Shown here: in pieces, positions 9,952 through 21,830 of the stretch | Numbering within the stretch: the first letter of the stretch is position 1 | Layout of the letters: every line of letters starts with the position of its first letter | From: the human T2T-CHM13v2.0 reference genome, Homo sapiens | Strand: one strand, 5' to 3' | DNA: 64,000 nucleotides | Assembly (NCBI RefSeq): GCF_009914755.1 | Contig: NC_060944.1 | The notes under the pieces: generated by a model | Database searches by the model: none | Seen by the model: only the letters and a program-made list of their open reading frames with translations | Told to the model about the DNA's origin: nothing | Program-made: the position numbers and the translations under genes

Positions 9952-11879
9952 AAATGTGTGGTATGAAAAAAGGTTTCTAATCATAATGCTGAGCTTAGCG
10001 GTACTAAAATAGACCTTTATATAATGAAAGGGCATTGGTTTGTCTTCCTTAAGGTGAGGGATATTGGATGTTAGGACGTCAGAGTGGTGTTTGGGCCCAG
10101 CTCTAGCCTTGCCCAAGACACACGTCTCTGGCTCTCCCTCCTCCAGTCCCAAATCCCCACACCTTTGATGGTGCTCCTCTCAAAAGGAAGGAAAGACAAT
10201 AAAAAATGAAAAGAAAAAAAGTAATTAAAAAAAAAAAACACAAAAAGATATAGTTTCAAAATTACATGTCCTTACAGTCTGTCCAGCTAATAGAATTATG
10301 CACCGCAGCTTTAATTTAGACATCGAGTTTCATCTCTTACTTAAATGTATCTGTGTGTTTTAATAGGAACATTCAGCTTTGCTTTTATTAATGCAAAAAC
10401 ATTAAGGCACCAGCCCTCGATCCGAAAGCCTTAAAGGGCTGTTTCCAACAGAACCTGTCATAAAATGTGCTCTCAAGCGTGTCCCCTTTAAGAGACTCCA
10501 GAATTAAATGTTCCCGTATGTGAATTTTATTTTGTACAGCACATTTGCTTTATGGCTACAATTAAGTTAGATGTGCCGATAACAATGTCTGTTTTCCATT
10601 TTAAATCGCACATTTCAGACAGTGTGCATTGTTTTATTATCTAATCCACATGCTTTTAATTGCAATTATGGTCCCTTATGAGTCCCCTGGGAGGGCATGA
10701 TTGCAATTAAAAATGTAATTTAAATGTTAATTAATTACATTCATTTTCTAAACTGGGAAAATTTCATTTATTATTTTCATGTGTTGTGCACTTATCCTAA
10801 ATGCATTACCTTCTAAATGTTTTTTTTTTCCTAAATTAAGTGTTATGTTTATAAAACAGGGTGTTTAATACCCTTTAAAATTTTTGTGAGGGTGTTTGTA
10901 CAAATTATTACTTTAAATTAATTGATTCTGAGCTATATGCAGGAGCTATATGTTTAATATATAATAAAAATAATTTTGTTGACTTTTCTGAGGCTAAAAC
11001 ATGGTATCAAAATATATGTTTTTCTCATTTATTTTCTGGTTGACTTTGATATGGAAAGTCTACTTCTTATGACTATCATTATTATTGTTTTTTCTTAAAC
11101 AAAGGAAGAAAGGTATTGTTACTACAAATGATACAGATCATTAATAAGAAAAGGGCTTTCCCCCTAGATGAAAATTGCAACCTCTAAAGAAGAAATTTAT
11201 AGGTAGAGTAATAAGTCATCCTGCCTCATATGAATAAAGGGGAACAAAAAAAGAACCACAAGGACATGAAGCTTTAAAAATCATTGTAACTTACGAGGAA
11301 AAAAAATGATTGTTGTATGCATATCTCAGTTTATCCAGTCAGCCCTGTCATTTTTCTGTCTATCTCACTTTGCCTAGAACAAGAGGGTCATTTTAGATAT
11401 GAATTATAAAGCAATGTCTATCTACTTTAAACTCTGAACCATATCAATTTTGGTTGGTTTTAGTGAATTAAAGTGTAAGTCCCAAGAGGACAAGGGCAGA
11501 ATTTGTGTTTTTCCCAATTCAATTCCAAGTATATGCTACATGTGATCAATTAATAAAAAGGCTTTTGAGGATTTTCTTTTTTCCATTTGTTTCCTCTTCA
11601 ATTGGCCAAATCTTCTTCTAGCTCTTTTATTTTAAAAATGCCTGCTATGTCTGAACTCTAGCTATTGTTTGGGTTTTATTTTTATTTTTATTTTTTAGAT
11701 TTAAAATATTTAAAAGATGTCTTAGGAAAATTCTAGTCAGTTAACAGTTTAAGCTGCTCTGTGGGTAGAGGAGGAAGAAATAAGAGAGAAAAGAAAAAGT
11801 TCCCAGACTTACAACGTTCAACAAATACTTATGGCATCTTTACTCTGGAGTCTAAGCTTGAATCGTTTGTAAAATCGAC

Positions 11880-12070
11880 TCTGTGCCTCCTCTGGGCCAG
11901 ATTATGTTGCTAAATCCTCACAACCATCCTGTGAGGTGAGTACTATCATTATTTCTGTTTAACAGAGAGGAAACTGAGGCACAGAGCATTCTGGTAACTT
12001 GCTAAAGCTTCACGGCTAGAAAGAGGGAAAGCCAGGATCTGTGCCTTGGAAGACTGACTCTGGACTTGAT
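11880..12070 (-). mobile_element. MIR SINE
   Basis: AATCCTCACAACCATCCTGTGAGGT...GAGGAAACTGAGGCACAGAG. Confidence 0.85.
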
Positions 12071-12159
12071 ATTCCATTCGGTCCTCTTCACCAGAGCATG
12101 GCTAAGAAACACTAGCAAACTTGAGGGAATCACGAGAGTGGACTCCACACAGCAGGTAG

Positions 12160-12390
12160 AGAGGAATGATAGGAGGTAGGCTCTGAAGACAAGCTCTGTG
12201 GGTTTGAATCTACTTTGCATTTGTATAACCTTGGACAAATTACCCTCCCTGCTGTAAGCCTCAATTTCCTGTTCTGTACAGTGGAGGAATGGCAGTACCT
12301 GTCTCATAATGGTCTTGAGCTGGTGCATGACACATAATGAACACAGTGCTCCCAGCACAAGGAAATATCAACTGTAGCTGCTACTATTAA
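12160..12390 (+). mobile_element. MIR SINE
   Basis: GGGTTTGAATC...ACCTTGGACAAATTAC...GCCTCAATTTCCT. Confidence 0.8.
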
Positions 12391-12598
12391 ATAGAGCTCT
12401 GCCTTCAAGAAGCTTACAGTCTAGCTGAGAACAGGAGTAAATGATAGAAGGCCAGGGGGAATAACTTTAACAAAATAAAATAAAGTAGATTAAAATAAAA
12501 ATCACCAAATTGTCCATCCATAAAGGATTGGCCAAATAAACTATATCCTATCCACCTGCTAAAATGCTAGGTAAGTATTTAAATAATAATAAAGCGGA

Positions 12599-12923
<325 letters not shown>

Positions 12924-14369
12924 TCAAGCTTTTAGGTATATTGTTAAATGAAACAGTCAACAGTCTGAACAGTTGTGTAACTGAAAAGGGGATGGATGGG
13001 TGGGTGGGTAGGCAGGTAGGTAGGTAGAAAGTATTTTTGTAAATGCACGATCATGTTCTGGAAAGATATGAGACCATACACAGTGATGATTTGGGGGTTG
13101 GGGCTGCCAGGAAGGTGTGTGGAAGGCACCCAGGATCTTGTTTTGTTTTGTTTGTTTAGATTTTATACCTCTGTGTGTAGTGTGTGTGTTTTACAAAGTC
13201 CATGTGATACTTTTAATTTTAGATAGAACTTCAAAGTATACACAAACACATACAGACAGACATACACACACATACACATACCCATGAAGGCATGGCCCTG
13301 ACCACAGGGAAATTCAGGAGGGAGAGGAAGGGGAAATGGAGAGGAAGAGACATCTCAGGATGCTGGAGTGACCAGCATGGCTTTATCTGTGTGTTGTCCT
13401 AGCTCTAACGGTTTTAGCATGGGAGAGATGTCAAATGGGCTAGAGTAAGAACAAAGCGTTAGAGCTAGGATAGGGTTGTGCGCCCAGCCAGAAGCTGATA
13501 GAGAATTAAGGGGAAAGTTGGCCCCTTGGGTAATATTTAAATCTATGAAGAATAAAATCAAGTAGAAAAAGAAAAAGGAAAACAAGAGATTCCTTGCCTT
13601 GAGCTTCAGATCTAAGGAGAAACTTTCACAAACCCCACTAGCAGTTGAGACCTGGGGACTCAACCATAAGTCTTGCTGTTTGTCAAAAGCAACCCTTCAT
13701 AGGCCATGTCGAATAAGTTCCAGCATTTTTAATTAAATTGGGGCCAGTGGAATGGGTCACAGATGGACTGGGCTCATTTTCAAATCTGCTTCTGCTAACT
13801 GTGTGCCTTGTAGGACTCAGCACCCACCTTCTTTATCTGCAGAGCAAGAATGATAATACTGGTGGGTGGATGCCTATCAAGCTCTGAGTTGTCAAGCCTG
13901 GCACTCAAGGCTTAGCTATCATGACGCCTGTGTCTCTGGGACATGCTCAGGGTTATTCTCCTTTAGGCTCTGCCTTGGTCACGTGGGTTCCAACAAAGGA
14001 AAACGTAAAATGGAATTTGGGGTGATTCAAGTCCACGGAGGGGCAGTCCCAGTGTAATATTTAGACAAATCCAGAGAAATGCAGCACTTTTTAAATTGGG
14101 TCCCAAACAAAAATGGCATAGTGGTAGGAAGGAGGCAGCGTGAAGGAGGAAATGGATCAAGAGCAGGAGAAAAATAAAAGAAAAAATGAATAGGAAATTG
14201 CAGGACCCCATTTCTGAGGGTCTGAATAAATAATCTTTCTTGGCTCTTCGTTTTTTCATTATTTTACAAATGTCTTTCTCTCGATGAGTTTCTGTTTGCT
14301 GGCTTTTAGAATGAGACGTAACGGGGGCAGCAAGTGGATGATTCCTGACTATGTTATAGCTCCCTGGGC

Positions 14370-14706
14370 TTTTTCTTCTCCTTCTCCTCCTTCTTCTTCT
14401 TTCTTTTTTTTTTTTTTTTTTTTTCCAACGGAGTTTCGCTCTTGTTGCCCAGGCTGAAGTGCAATAGCACGATCTCGGCTTGCTGCAACCTCCTCTTCCC
14501 AGGTTAAAGCAATTGCCTGCCTCAGCCTCCCGAGTAGCTGGAATTACAGTCGCCCACCACCACGCCTGGCTAATTTTTTGTATTTTTAGTAGAGACTGGG
14601 TTTCACCATGTTGGCCAGGCTGGTCTCTAACTCCTGACCTCAGGTGATCCACCTGCCTCGGCCTCCCAAAGTGCTGGATTACAGGTGTGAGCCATTGCAC
14701 CTGGCC
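14370..14706 (-). mobile_element. AluS (Sq/Sp-like) with CTT/CTC-expanded tail
   Basis: GGAGTTTCGCTCTTGTTGCCCAGG; full dimer on the minus strand. Confidence 0.95.
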
Positions 14707-15089
14707 CCCTGGGCGTTTTTTTCTTCTGCCTTGGCCCTTGGTGGTTTTGTCTGATGCTCAATGGCCAGAAGGAAACACACCCTTGTGCTTATATCAACGG
14801 CTTTCTTCCAGGAAGCATGGCACTGCTTTCAGAGCATGCACACATTGTTATCTTGTCTGTTCGAGGGAAGTCAGGTCAGTCTTCTCATCTGTCTCCCACA
14901 GATAAGCAGCTGAGGCAGAGGGTGGATTGGGGTAGGGCAGATAGTGGCTGCTCCAGGCCATACAGTGAATCAGGAATTAGTGCCAGAATGAGAAGTTCCA
15001 TCGGCTCCTCTAGATTGCTTGGATTCAGATTGGTGGTACCCCGACCTATAGACTTGGTTAGCATGTCACAAAGACTGACTTCCCCCAAC

Positions 15090-15290
15090 CTTTGTTGCAT
15101 TCATTCAGCTAAACTTTACTGGGCACATGCCAGCTGCCTGTCCAGGTGTGGGGAATCCTTCAGTGAACAGAACAGAGCCTTATTCTCATGGAGATTATTT
15201 GCTAGCAAAGGAGACCCAGAGTAAAAACGTAAATAAATAAACAACGTAATTTCAGATCATTACAAGTGCTGTGAAGAAGATGAGTGTGCA
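15090..15290 (-). mobile_element. L2 3' fragment
   Basis: CATTCATTCAGC...CAGTGAACAGAACAGA...TCTCATGGAG. Confidence 0.65.
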
Positions 15291-15947
15291 CACACCCCTT
15301 TAATCCAGATATTTGACACTGACTGGACAGAGTTAAATTCCCTCCTTGCTCTTTCATTCACAAGGTGTTTGACAACAGGTGCTGAACTGCTGGAGTTACT
15401 GCTCCTTAGTTCTAAGGTCATCTTCAGGCTTTTCCCTCTCAAATGCCTTTTCCACATTTTCCTCCTATTTTCTCTCCCTCTTTCTTTTACCCGTTTTCCC
15501 CTCCTGTCTGTATCTTCTCCCTGATAAGCCTCAAAGAATGCCTCATAGACTGAAATAGTTCTTTGCCCTCATCCTTAAAAGTTGCTGAACACCTGTAGCC
15601 AGCAGGTGTCAGAGGGACAGTGCTAGAATCCTTTTGGGAGGAGGTGTCTGCTAGGCTTAGCTCACCTCATTCCCCAGTGCAGGGAGCCAGCGGGTAGGTT
15701 TCTCAAAGCCCTCTTAATTGAGGGTTGCTAGGGAGCATTGTTAGAATGAAAAACCAAGGGGACATGACTGAGGACTCCCAACCTGTGCATGTTTCCTACA
15801 GCATTGATTACTGGAGTTGGTGACCGGTACTGGTGCAAAACTCCCTAATTATTTCACAGGGCTTAAGTCAAGAGTAACAGGATATTAGTGATTTAATCAA
15901 CATTGTTATCTCTAAATTATATTTTTATTTAGAAGTTGTATTTCTTT

Positions 15948-16250
<303 letters not shown>

Positions 16251-16269
16251 AGAAGTTGTATTTCTTTAT

Positions 16270-16449
16270 GTATTTATTTTTGTTATTATTGTAGAAATTA
16301 TATTGTAGAAATTTTTTGTTATTATCATTGTAGAAATGGGAGTCTTAGTATGTTGTCCAGGCTGGCCTCGAACTCCTGGCCTCAAGTGATCCTCCTGCCT
16401 CAGCCTCCCAAAGTGCTGAGATTACAGGTGTGAACCACTGCATCCAACC
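16270..16449 (-). mobile_element. FLAM-like Alu left monomer with degenerate tail
   Basis: CTCGAACTCCTGGCCTCAAGTGATCCTCCTGCCTCAGCCTCCCAAAGTGCTG. Confidence 0.85.
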
Positions 16450-16624
16450 ACTGTATGCATCTTTGTAACCTACCTGCCTTACCAGGGGTAAAAGGACACC
16501 TAAACCAGCTCCCAGGAAAACCTCTGTCCTTACCCAGCATGGTTTTAGATTCCAATACAGGTTAAAATTGCCGTGGCTCATGTGAAGATGAAGAGTTAGT
16601 ATAAATTGTTAGTTCAGGATTTAG

Positions 16625-16785
16625 TGGAGTGCATCTCAAATTTTAATGTGCGTATGAATCTACTGGGGATCTCATTAAAATGTAGATTCTGATTCAGCAG
16701 ATCTGTGCCGAGATTCTACATTTCCAAGGAGCCTTCACTGGTGCACATACGGCTGGTCCTCAAACCACACTTGAAGAAGCAAGGC
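16625..16785. mobile_element. MER5A/B (hAT-Charlie)
   Basis: GGGGATCTCATTAAAATGTAGATTCTGATTCAG...GCTGGTCCTCAAACCACACTTGA. Confidence 0.8.
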
Positions 16786-17099
16786 TTTAGACTTGCCCTT
16801 TAATTCCAGTTCTTTCTTCAGGGCTGCATTAGGTCTTCCATGAATCCTTGGCACCTTTACCTTTGGGGCCCCTCCCATTTAAAAAGATATTAAAAATTAT
16901 ATCCTATGATTACATTAGTATACAGACAAATATGTTAATCTACATTTAAGCAGTTTCTTCTATCTAAAAGTTCATTATTTTTCTTCTGATTTTAAAATAA
17001 ATAAAAATCTGGTCATGGACCCACACATAATGTTTCTAGGGACAGTTCCTAGGTGCTGTCCCTACAGTGCCCAAGGTAGGACTTGATCCCAATGTTGAG

Positions 17100-17245
17100 A
17101 GGAGTTGCCCCTTACTGACTTCATGCTGAAACTCTCAGAGCCTCTATTTCCTCATCTGTAAAATGGGGATCACAGTATCTCTCGCACTGCTTTGGCTCTT
17201 TGCACAGTGCCTGGTGCATTGTAAGCACTCTGGAAATGTTAGCTT
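17100..17245 (+). mobile_element. MIR SINE
   Basis: TTTCCTCATCTGTAAAATGGGGAT core. Confidence 0.85.
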
Positions 17246-19929
17246 TTGTCTCCAAAAGTTACCTGGCTCCCCGTTAGCTGTCACTGTCTCATGACCTATT
17301 AAAAGTCAGATCCTACACACATCACTGCTGCTCTCTTAAAGCTGTTTGATATGTCCTACTGGTTGCATGACCTGGATAATTTCCATAAATTAACCTCTTT
17401 TACCTTCCATTTCTGCGCTACCCTGCTGTTCCTCTTCTGGAAGGACCCTATCATCTCTTGGACGCAGCAGACAGCGATGCCACACGAACTTCTGCCATGA
17501 CACTCGGCACCTCCTGCGAGTGCTCAGACACTCATCTGCAGCTTGCTCTCTAAACTCATCATTTCTGTAGAAAGGCAGCACAGCCCCTGATGGATCTGGA
17601 ATTAACTGTCGATTTTTCTGCCTGTCACTCTGAGAAGAGGAAGGGACCATAGAGCTAATCACATGAGGCATCACCATCACTGTTTTCATGTTCTTTTGTT
17701 TATCTTAGCCCCTGACTCCTCTTGATTGTACTTGCCTCAATCCTAAGACTCTGTCCATTGTAAAACATGCTGTAGATTTGGCCAAAGCTTTTTTGGGGAG
17801 GAGTGAGTGAGAGGTGGAGAAGGAACCCTCGCATATTAAATGTACACACAAATTGCATCCCAATTTCATGTGGAAATTAAAATAAGGTGATTTCAGAGTG
17901 AAGGAAATGCAATCATGTTTTATGGAGTTTGATAAAATCCCATAGTCTCATTAAGGAAATAGTCATCACCAGGATGTGGGCCTCACTTTATAAGAAGATA
18001 GAGTAAAATGAAGCTTAATTTTCCTTTGTAATATTTTTGATACTTCCAAATAGTGATAGCATCCAGTCATAGCATCGCCAAATGATAGATGCAGAATTTG
18101 CTATAAATTTGGATTTTCAAGCTATATCCTTTTTCATTTTCTTCTATAGGAATTCCTATCACATGTACTCTTTGAAGTAGTAATGTAAGATCTTAAGTTT
18201 TCATAAGCACTTTGCATTGCAATTCAGAGCATCCACTCATGCGAAACATAAGCTGTAGTTTTAGTGTGATTTTTTTAAAGGGGAAAGGGGTCAAACCCTT
18301 GCCAGTTGGTCAAACTCTTTTCTTTTTAGTTTATCTTCATCACAGTCCAAATCTTTCTCATTGAACGGGAAACATTTTCTGATCTCAACCTTTATTGATA
18401 CAAATGTTGATTTTTTTTTTTTAAGGAAAAGAGTATCTCCTTCCTCAAAAGGGATTTCATTTGAGTGTTTCTTTCTCATTTTCTTCGAAGTAATTCTTCC
18501 AAATTGACCCACACCACATCGAGTCTTGGTCTCCACTGCCAACCTCAATTATAAAATGGAAACTAGGTGAACAAATTATCAAACCTCTGTATGGGAAATG
18601 TGGAAAACATTTAGAAATATTCACCAAGATTTACTTCCAGCCATCATGACTTAATCACAGGTGCTGCATCCGTAATTTTCACCTTACAGAAAGTACATAA
18701 GCAGCTTTGCAGATTTCAGTGCTAGGATGCCAAAGGATCCAGAGAAGTCATAGGTGAGACTTCAGGTGGACAAACTACCTGGACAGTTGACAAGGTTTCC
18801 GGCTGTTCCAGAAGCTCACGTGCCACCTGAGTAGGCTTACTGAGTGATAGCCCATAATTGACAGGTATTACCTCTTGACTCTGAACATCTGGTCTCCCAT
18901 TTACTCCCTCCCCTGGTTCTTCTGTGACCCATCGTCATTGTCCAGGCGGCCTTGCCTGTTGAACATATCGCTTGACCAGCACTGCTTCCTGGATATCTGT
19001 AGAGCCTTTGGCATACCCACACGTGTATTTTATAAAATTTAAGTTCAAACTAAAGCGTGCTGGGGGCCAGAGAAGATAAATGCCAGCTTTTTTATCGTCA
19101 AGGTAACGATAAGAGATTCACTAGAATTTACATAGCACCAAAGTCGATTTACGTGCTTATTTACTCTGTTGTTCTCCTTTAAAAAAGATGGAGTTACCCT
19201 AGCAACTGTAAGATCACGTGATGTTCAGAATAACCGTAATGGAAACACCTTCTGAAAGGAAAATACGCATTTCACCAGATGCATATTATAGGCACATAAA
19301 CTGTCATTTATAGAATGTCGAACCATTTTGGAAATGATTGGAGGAGGTTCATGTGGCATTGAGTACTTTCCCCATTAATTACTTCAGTAGCTTCAGAGAT
19401 TCTGTGACAAAAGAAAGAGATTGGGAGAAAGGGAGGGCTTTGGATCTTCTCCTGGGCATGTTGATAGAATTGTACACTGTATCTCGATAAGCACATCAGC
19501 AGAAAGAGCACATTACCAAAATCCATCTTTCATTACATTTTTGCATTTGGGTAGAATCTATTACTCTATTCAAACTTTGTTCCAATTCCCAGGATGATGG
19601 CATTTTCCCTAGAGGGATGGTTTGCTTTGTCTAAAGCAGAATACTCAAAGGGAACAATCCGAAGTAGAAGAAACCCCCAAGAAATGGCTTGGTCACTCAG
19701 CCAATTGGGTTTCATTTCAGTTTTACAAATTAATTTGCTGAAGTCCAGGGTGAGATACAGGTTTATGCAGAGATCACACCAGGGCAGCCCTTCCTGATTT
19801 TGGTTCAGTCTTGCATGCTCAGGATAAATAAAGCAACCCTGGAGAACTCTGTAGTTCTAAAACTCATGTAGGAGGGGCCACAACTGCCAACATCCTTCTC
19901 CTAACACTGCTGAAATGTATTTGATTAGG

Positions 19930-20060
19930 AGCACACCATTCGGGTGATAGGTACACTAAAAGCCCAGATGTCACCAAAGCAGAATGTATGTATGTAAGAA
20001 ATCTGCACTTTTACCCCTAAATATATTTTTTAAATTAAAAAAATTATAAAATAAAATGAA
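19930..20060 (+). mobile_element. Old L1 (L1PB/L1MA-type) extreme 3' end
   Basis: GGGTGATAGGTACACTAAAAGCCCAGA...CTGCACTTTTACCCCTAAAT followed by an A-rich tail. Confidence 0.75.
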
Positions 20061-20299
20061 AAGATCACTTGTTAACACAAAGCAAAAAGGGACAAGGAGC
20101 TGCCTTACTGAGTCAGACATGTGGCTCCTAGGAATTGGAGCTTTTGTTTTGCAGAATAATATAAATTAGATCCCATGATCTCCTATCCACGATCTCATAT
20201 CCAGACCGTCTGGATAGGAGGGTCTGCCCTTTAGACTTAGCTAAAACCCCAGCCAATTGCCTTATTTCCTGGTCCCTCCCCTTCATTGAGTGTACCCCA

Positions 20300-20650
20300 C
20301 CATTTCTCACCTTTCTTTTTCACATGTTCCTCCTTTCCCCAGCTCTTCGCTGTCTCAGTGTTTTTGCAGTTAAGTTTCTCCTAACTTCACTGTCATCTCC
20401 TGGAAGAACTTACCCTGGCCCCGCTAGATAAAGAATCTCTTCTCTACATCCCTTTTTCTCTTTTCCATAGCTCCAGTCACTCTCTGAAATGATATTGTTC
20501 ATGGGTGTGTTTGTTCCTTATCTGTTTCCCCAACAAGACAATAGACTCCGCAGGGAAAGGACCATGTTGTTCTTTTTTCACAAAGGTACCCCAGCTCCAA
20601 GAAGAGTGTCTGGGGTGTAATTGCTGCTGTGTACATATTTACTCCACAAA
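20300..20650 (+). mobile_element. L2 3' fragment
   Basis: Pyrimidine-rich L2 body ending CAGGGAAAGGACCATGT. Confidence 0.55.
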
Positions 20651-20871
20651 CAACAGACTGGAAGACAGTCTAAATAGATTCTGTTTCTGACAGATCAAAG
20701 GAAACAAACAGAAGTTCAGCATCTCTCTTGAAAACAAATACACTGGACAGAAAAAAGAGGTCTGGAAAGATGGACTGAGCCCACAGACACAGAAAAGCAT
20801 CTAACAAATCAGGGGCTCTGAGGAGTGAGGAGTAGGGGGTCGTTGTTTTTATTTAGAAATTAACAACTGTG

Positions 20872-21120
20872 GGCCGGACACGGTGGCTCACACCTCTGAT
20901 CCCAGCACTTTGGGAGGCCGAGGCGGGCAGATCACGAGGTCAGGAGATTGAGACCATCCTGGCTAACACAGTGAAACCCTGTCTCTACCAAAAATACAAA
21001 AAATTAGCCGGGCGTGGTGGTGGGCGCCTGTAGTCCCAGCTGCTGGGGAGGCTGAGGCAGGAGAATGGCGTGAACCCGGGAAGCGGAGCTTGCAGTGAGC
21101 CAAGATCAAACAGGAGAAAG
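20872..21120 (+). mobile_element. AluY lacking its last ~45 nt
   Basis: AluY diagnostics (GAGATTGAGACCATCCTGGCTAACAC, GAGAATGGCGTGAACC, GGAGCTTGCAG); TSD AGAAATTAACA(A/G)CTGTG at 20855-20871 and 21121-21137. Confidence 0.92.
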
Positions 21121-21353
21121 AGAAATTAACAGCTGTGCCCAGACAGCCAGTGTGGCTGACCAGAAAGACTGAATTTAGCAAAACATGGTTTTAAAAAAAT
21201 TAAATGAATGAAATAGGTGAAGAAGTGATGGTAGCAACATGTGGGCCTCAATTCTCTGACTTTTTATTTGATGATCTTAGGATATTATGCATCAGTCCAT
21301 GTTGCCCCATCAAACACCTACTACGTGCCACATATAGTGCCTAGGCCGGCCTG

Positions 21354-21576
21354 CCTTCCTTTCCTTCCTTCCTTCCTTCCTCCCTTCTTTCTCTCCCTCC
21401 CTTCTCTCCCTCCCTCCCTCTCTTCCTTTTCTTTCTTTCTTCCTTCCTTTTCTTTCTTTCTTCTTCTCTTCCTCACTCCCTCCTTCCCTCTTGACTCCCT
21501 CCTTCCTTCCTTCTATCATTTTTTCTCTCCTTCTTCCCTCCCTCCTCCGTCCCTGCCTCCCTCCCTCTCTCCCTTC
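21354..21576. repeat. (CCTT/CTTT/CCCT)n polypyrimidine tract
   Basis: About 220 bp of nearly pure pyrimidines. Confidence 0.95.
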
Positions 21577-21619
21577 AATATTTAGTAAATCTTCATTATG
21601 GCTCCAGCATGGTTTTAGA

Positions 21620-21830
21620 GCTTCAGTCATTCATTCATTTGTTCATTCATTTAACAAATATGGGCAAAGTACTCTGATCCATGCAAAAGTGGATTATCCA
21701 GTCATGAGCCACCTCTGCATAGAGGTAACGAGGTGGGCGGGGTTTGCCCTCATGGCATTTCCAGTCTAAACAGACATTAAACAGTTACAAATGATTGACT
21801 AAATGATTATTTAATGGTATTAAGTCAAGT
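21620..21830 (-). mobile_element. L2 3' fragment
   Basis: CATTCATTCATTTGTTCATTCATTTAACAAATA...GCCCTCATGG. Confidence 0.7.

Noticed and set aside
10648-10716. Calling the hairpin a specific miRNA or a MADE1 element
   Set aside because: The arms match neither the MADE1 terminal repeat nor any miRNA I recognise; kept only as an unexplained inverted repeat
13963-14700. Longest ORF (245 aa, minus strand)
   Set aside because: The N-terminal half is translated Alu plus its A/GAA tail (K/R run); the rest has no recognisable domain
18291-18548. Charged, protein-like 85-aa ORF on the minus strand
   Set aside because: No recognisable homology, non-ATG start, includes a poly(A)-encoded lysine run, no pseudogene hallmarks
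21241-21630. ORFs with P/S/L/F-rich or R/E/G/K-rich products
   Set aside because: Translations of the polypyrimidine microsatellite
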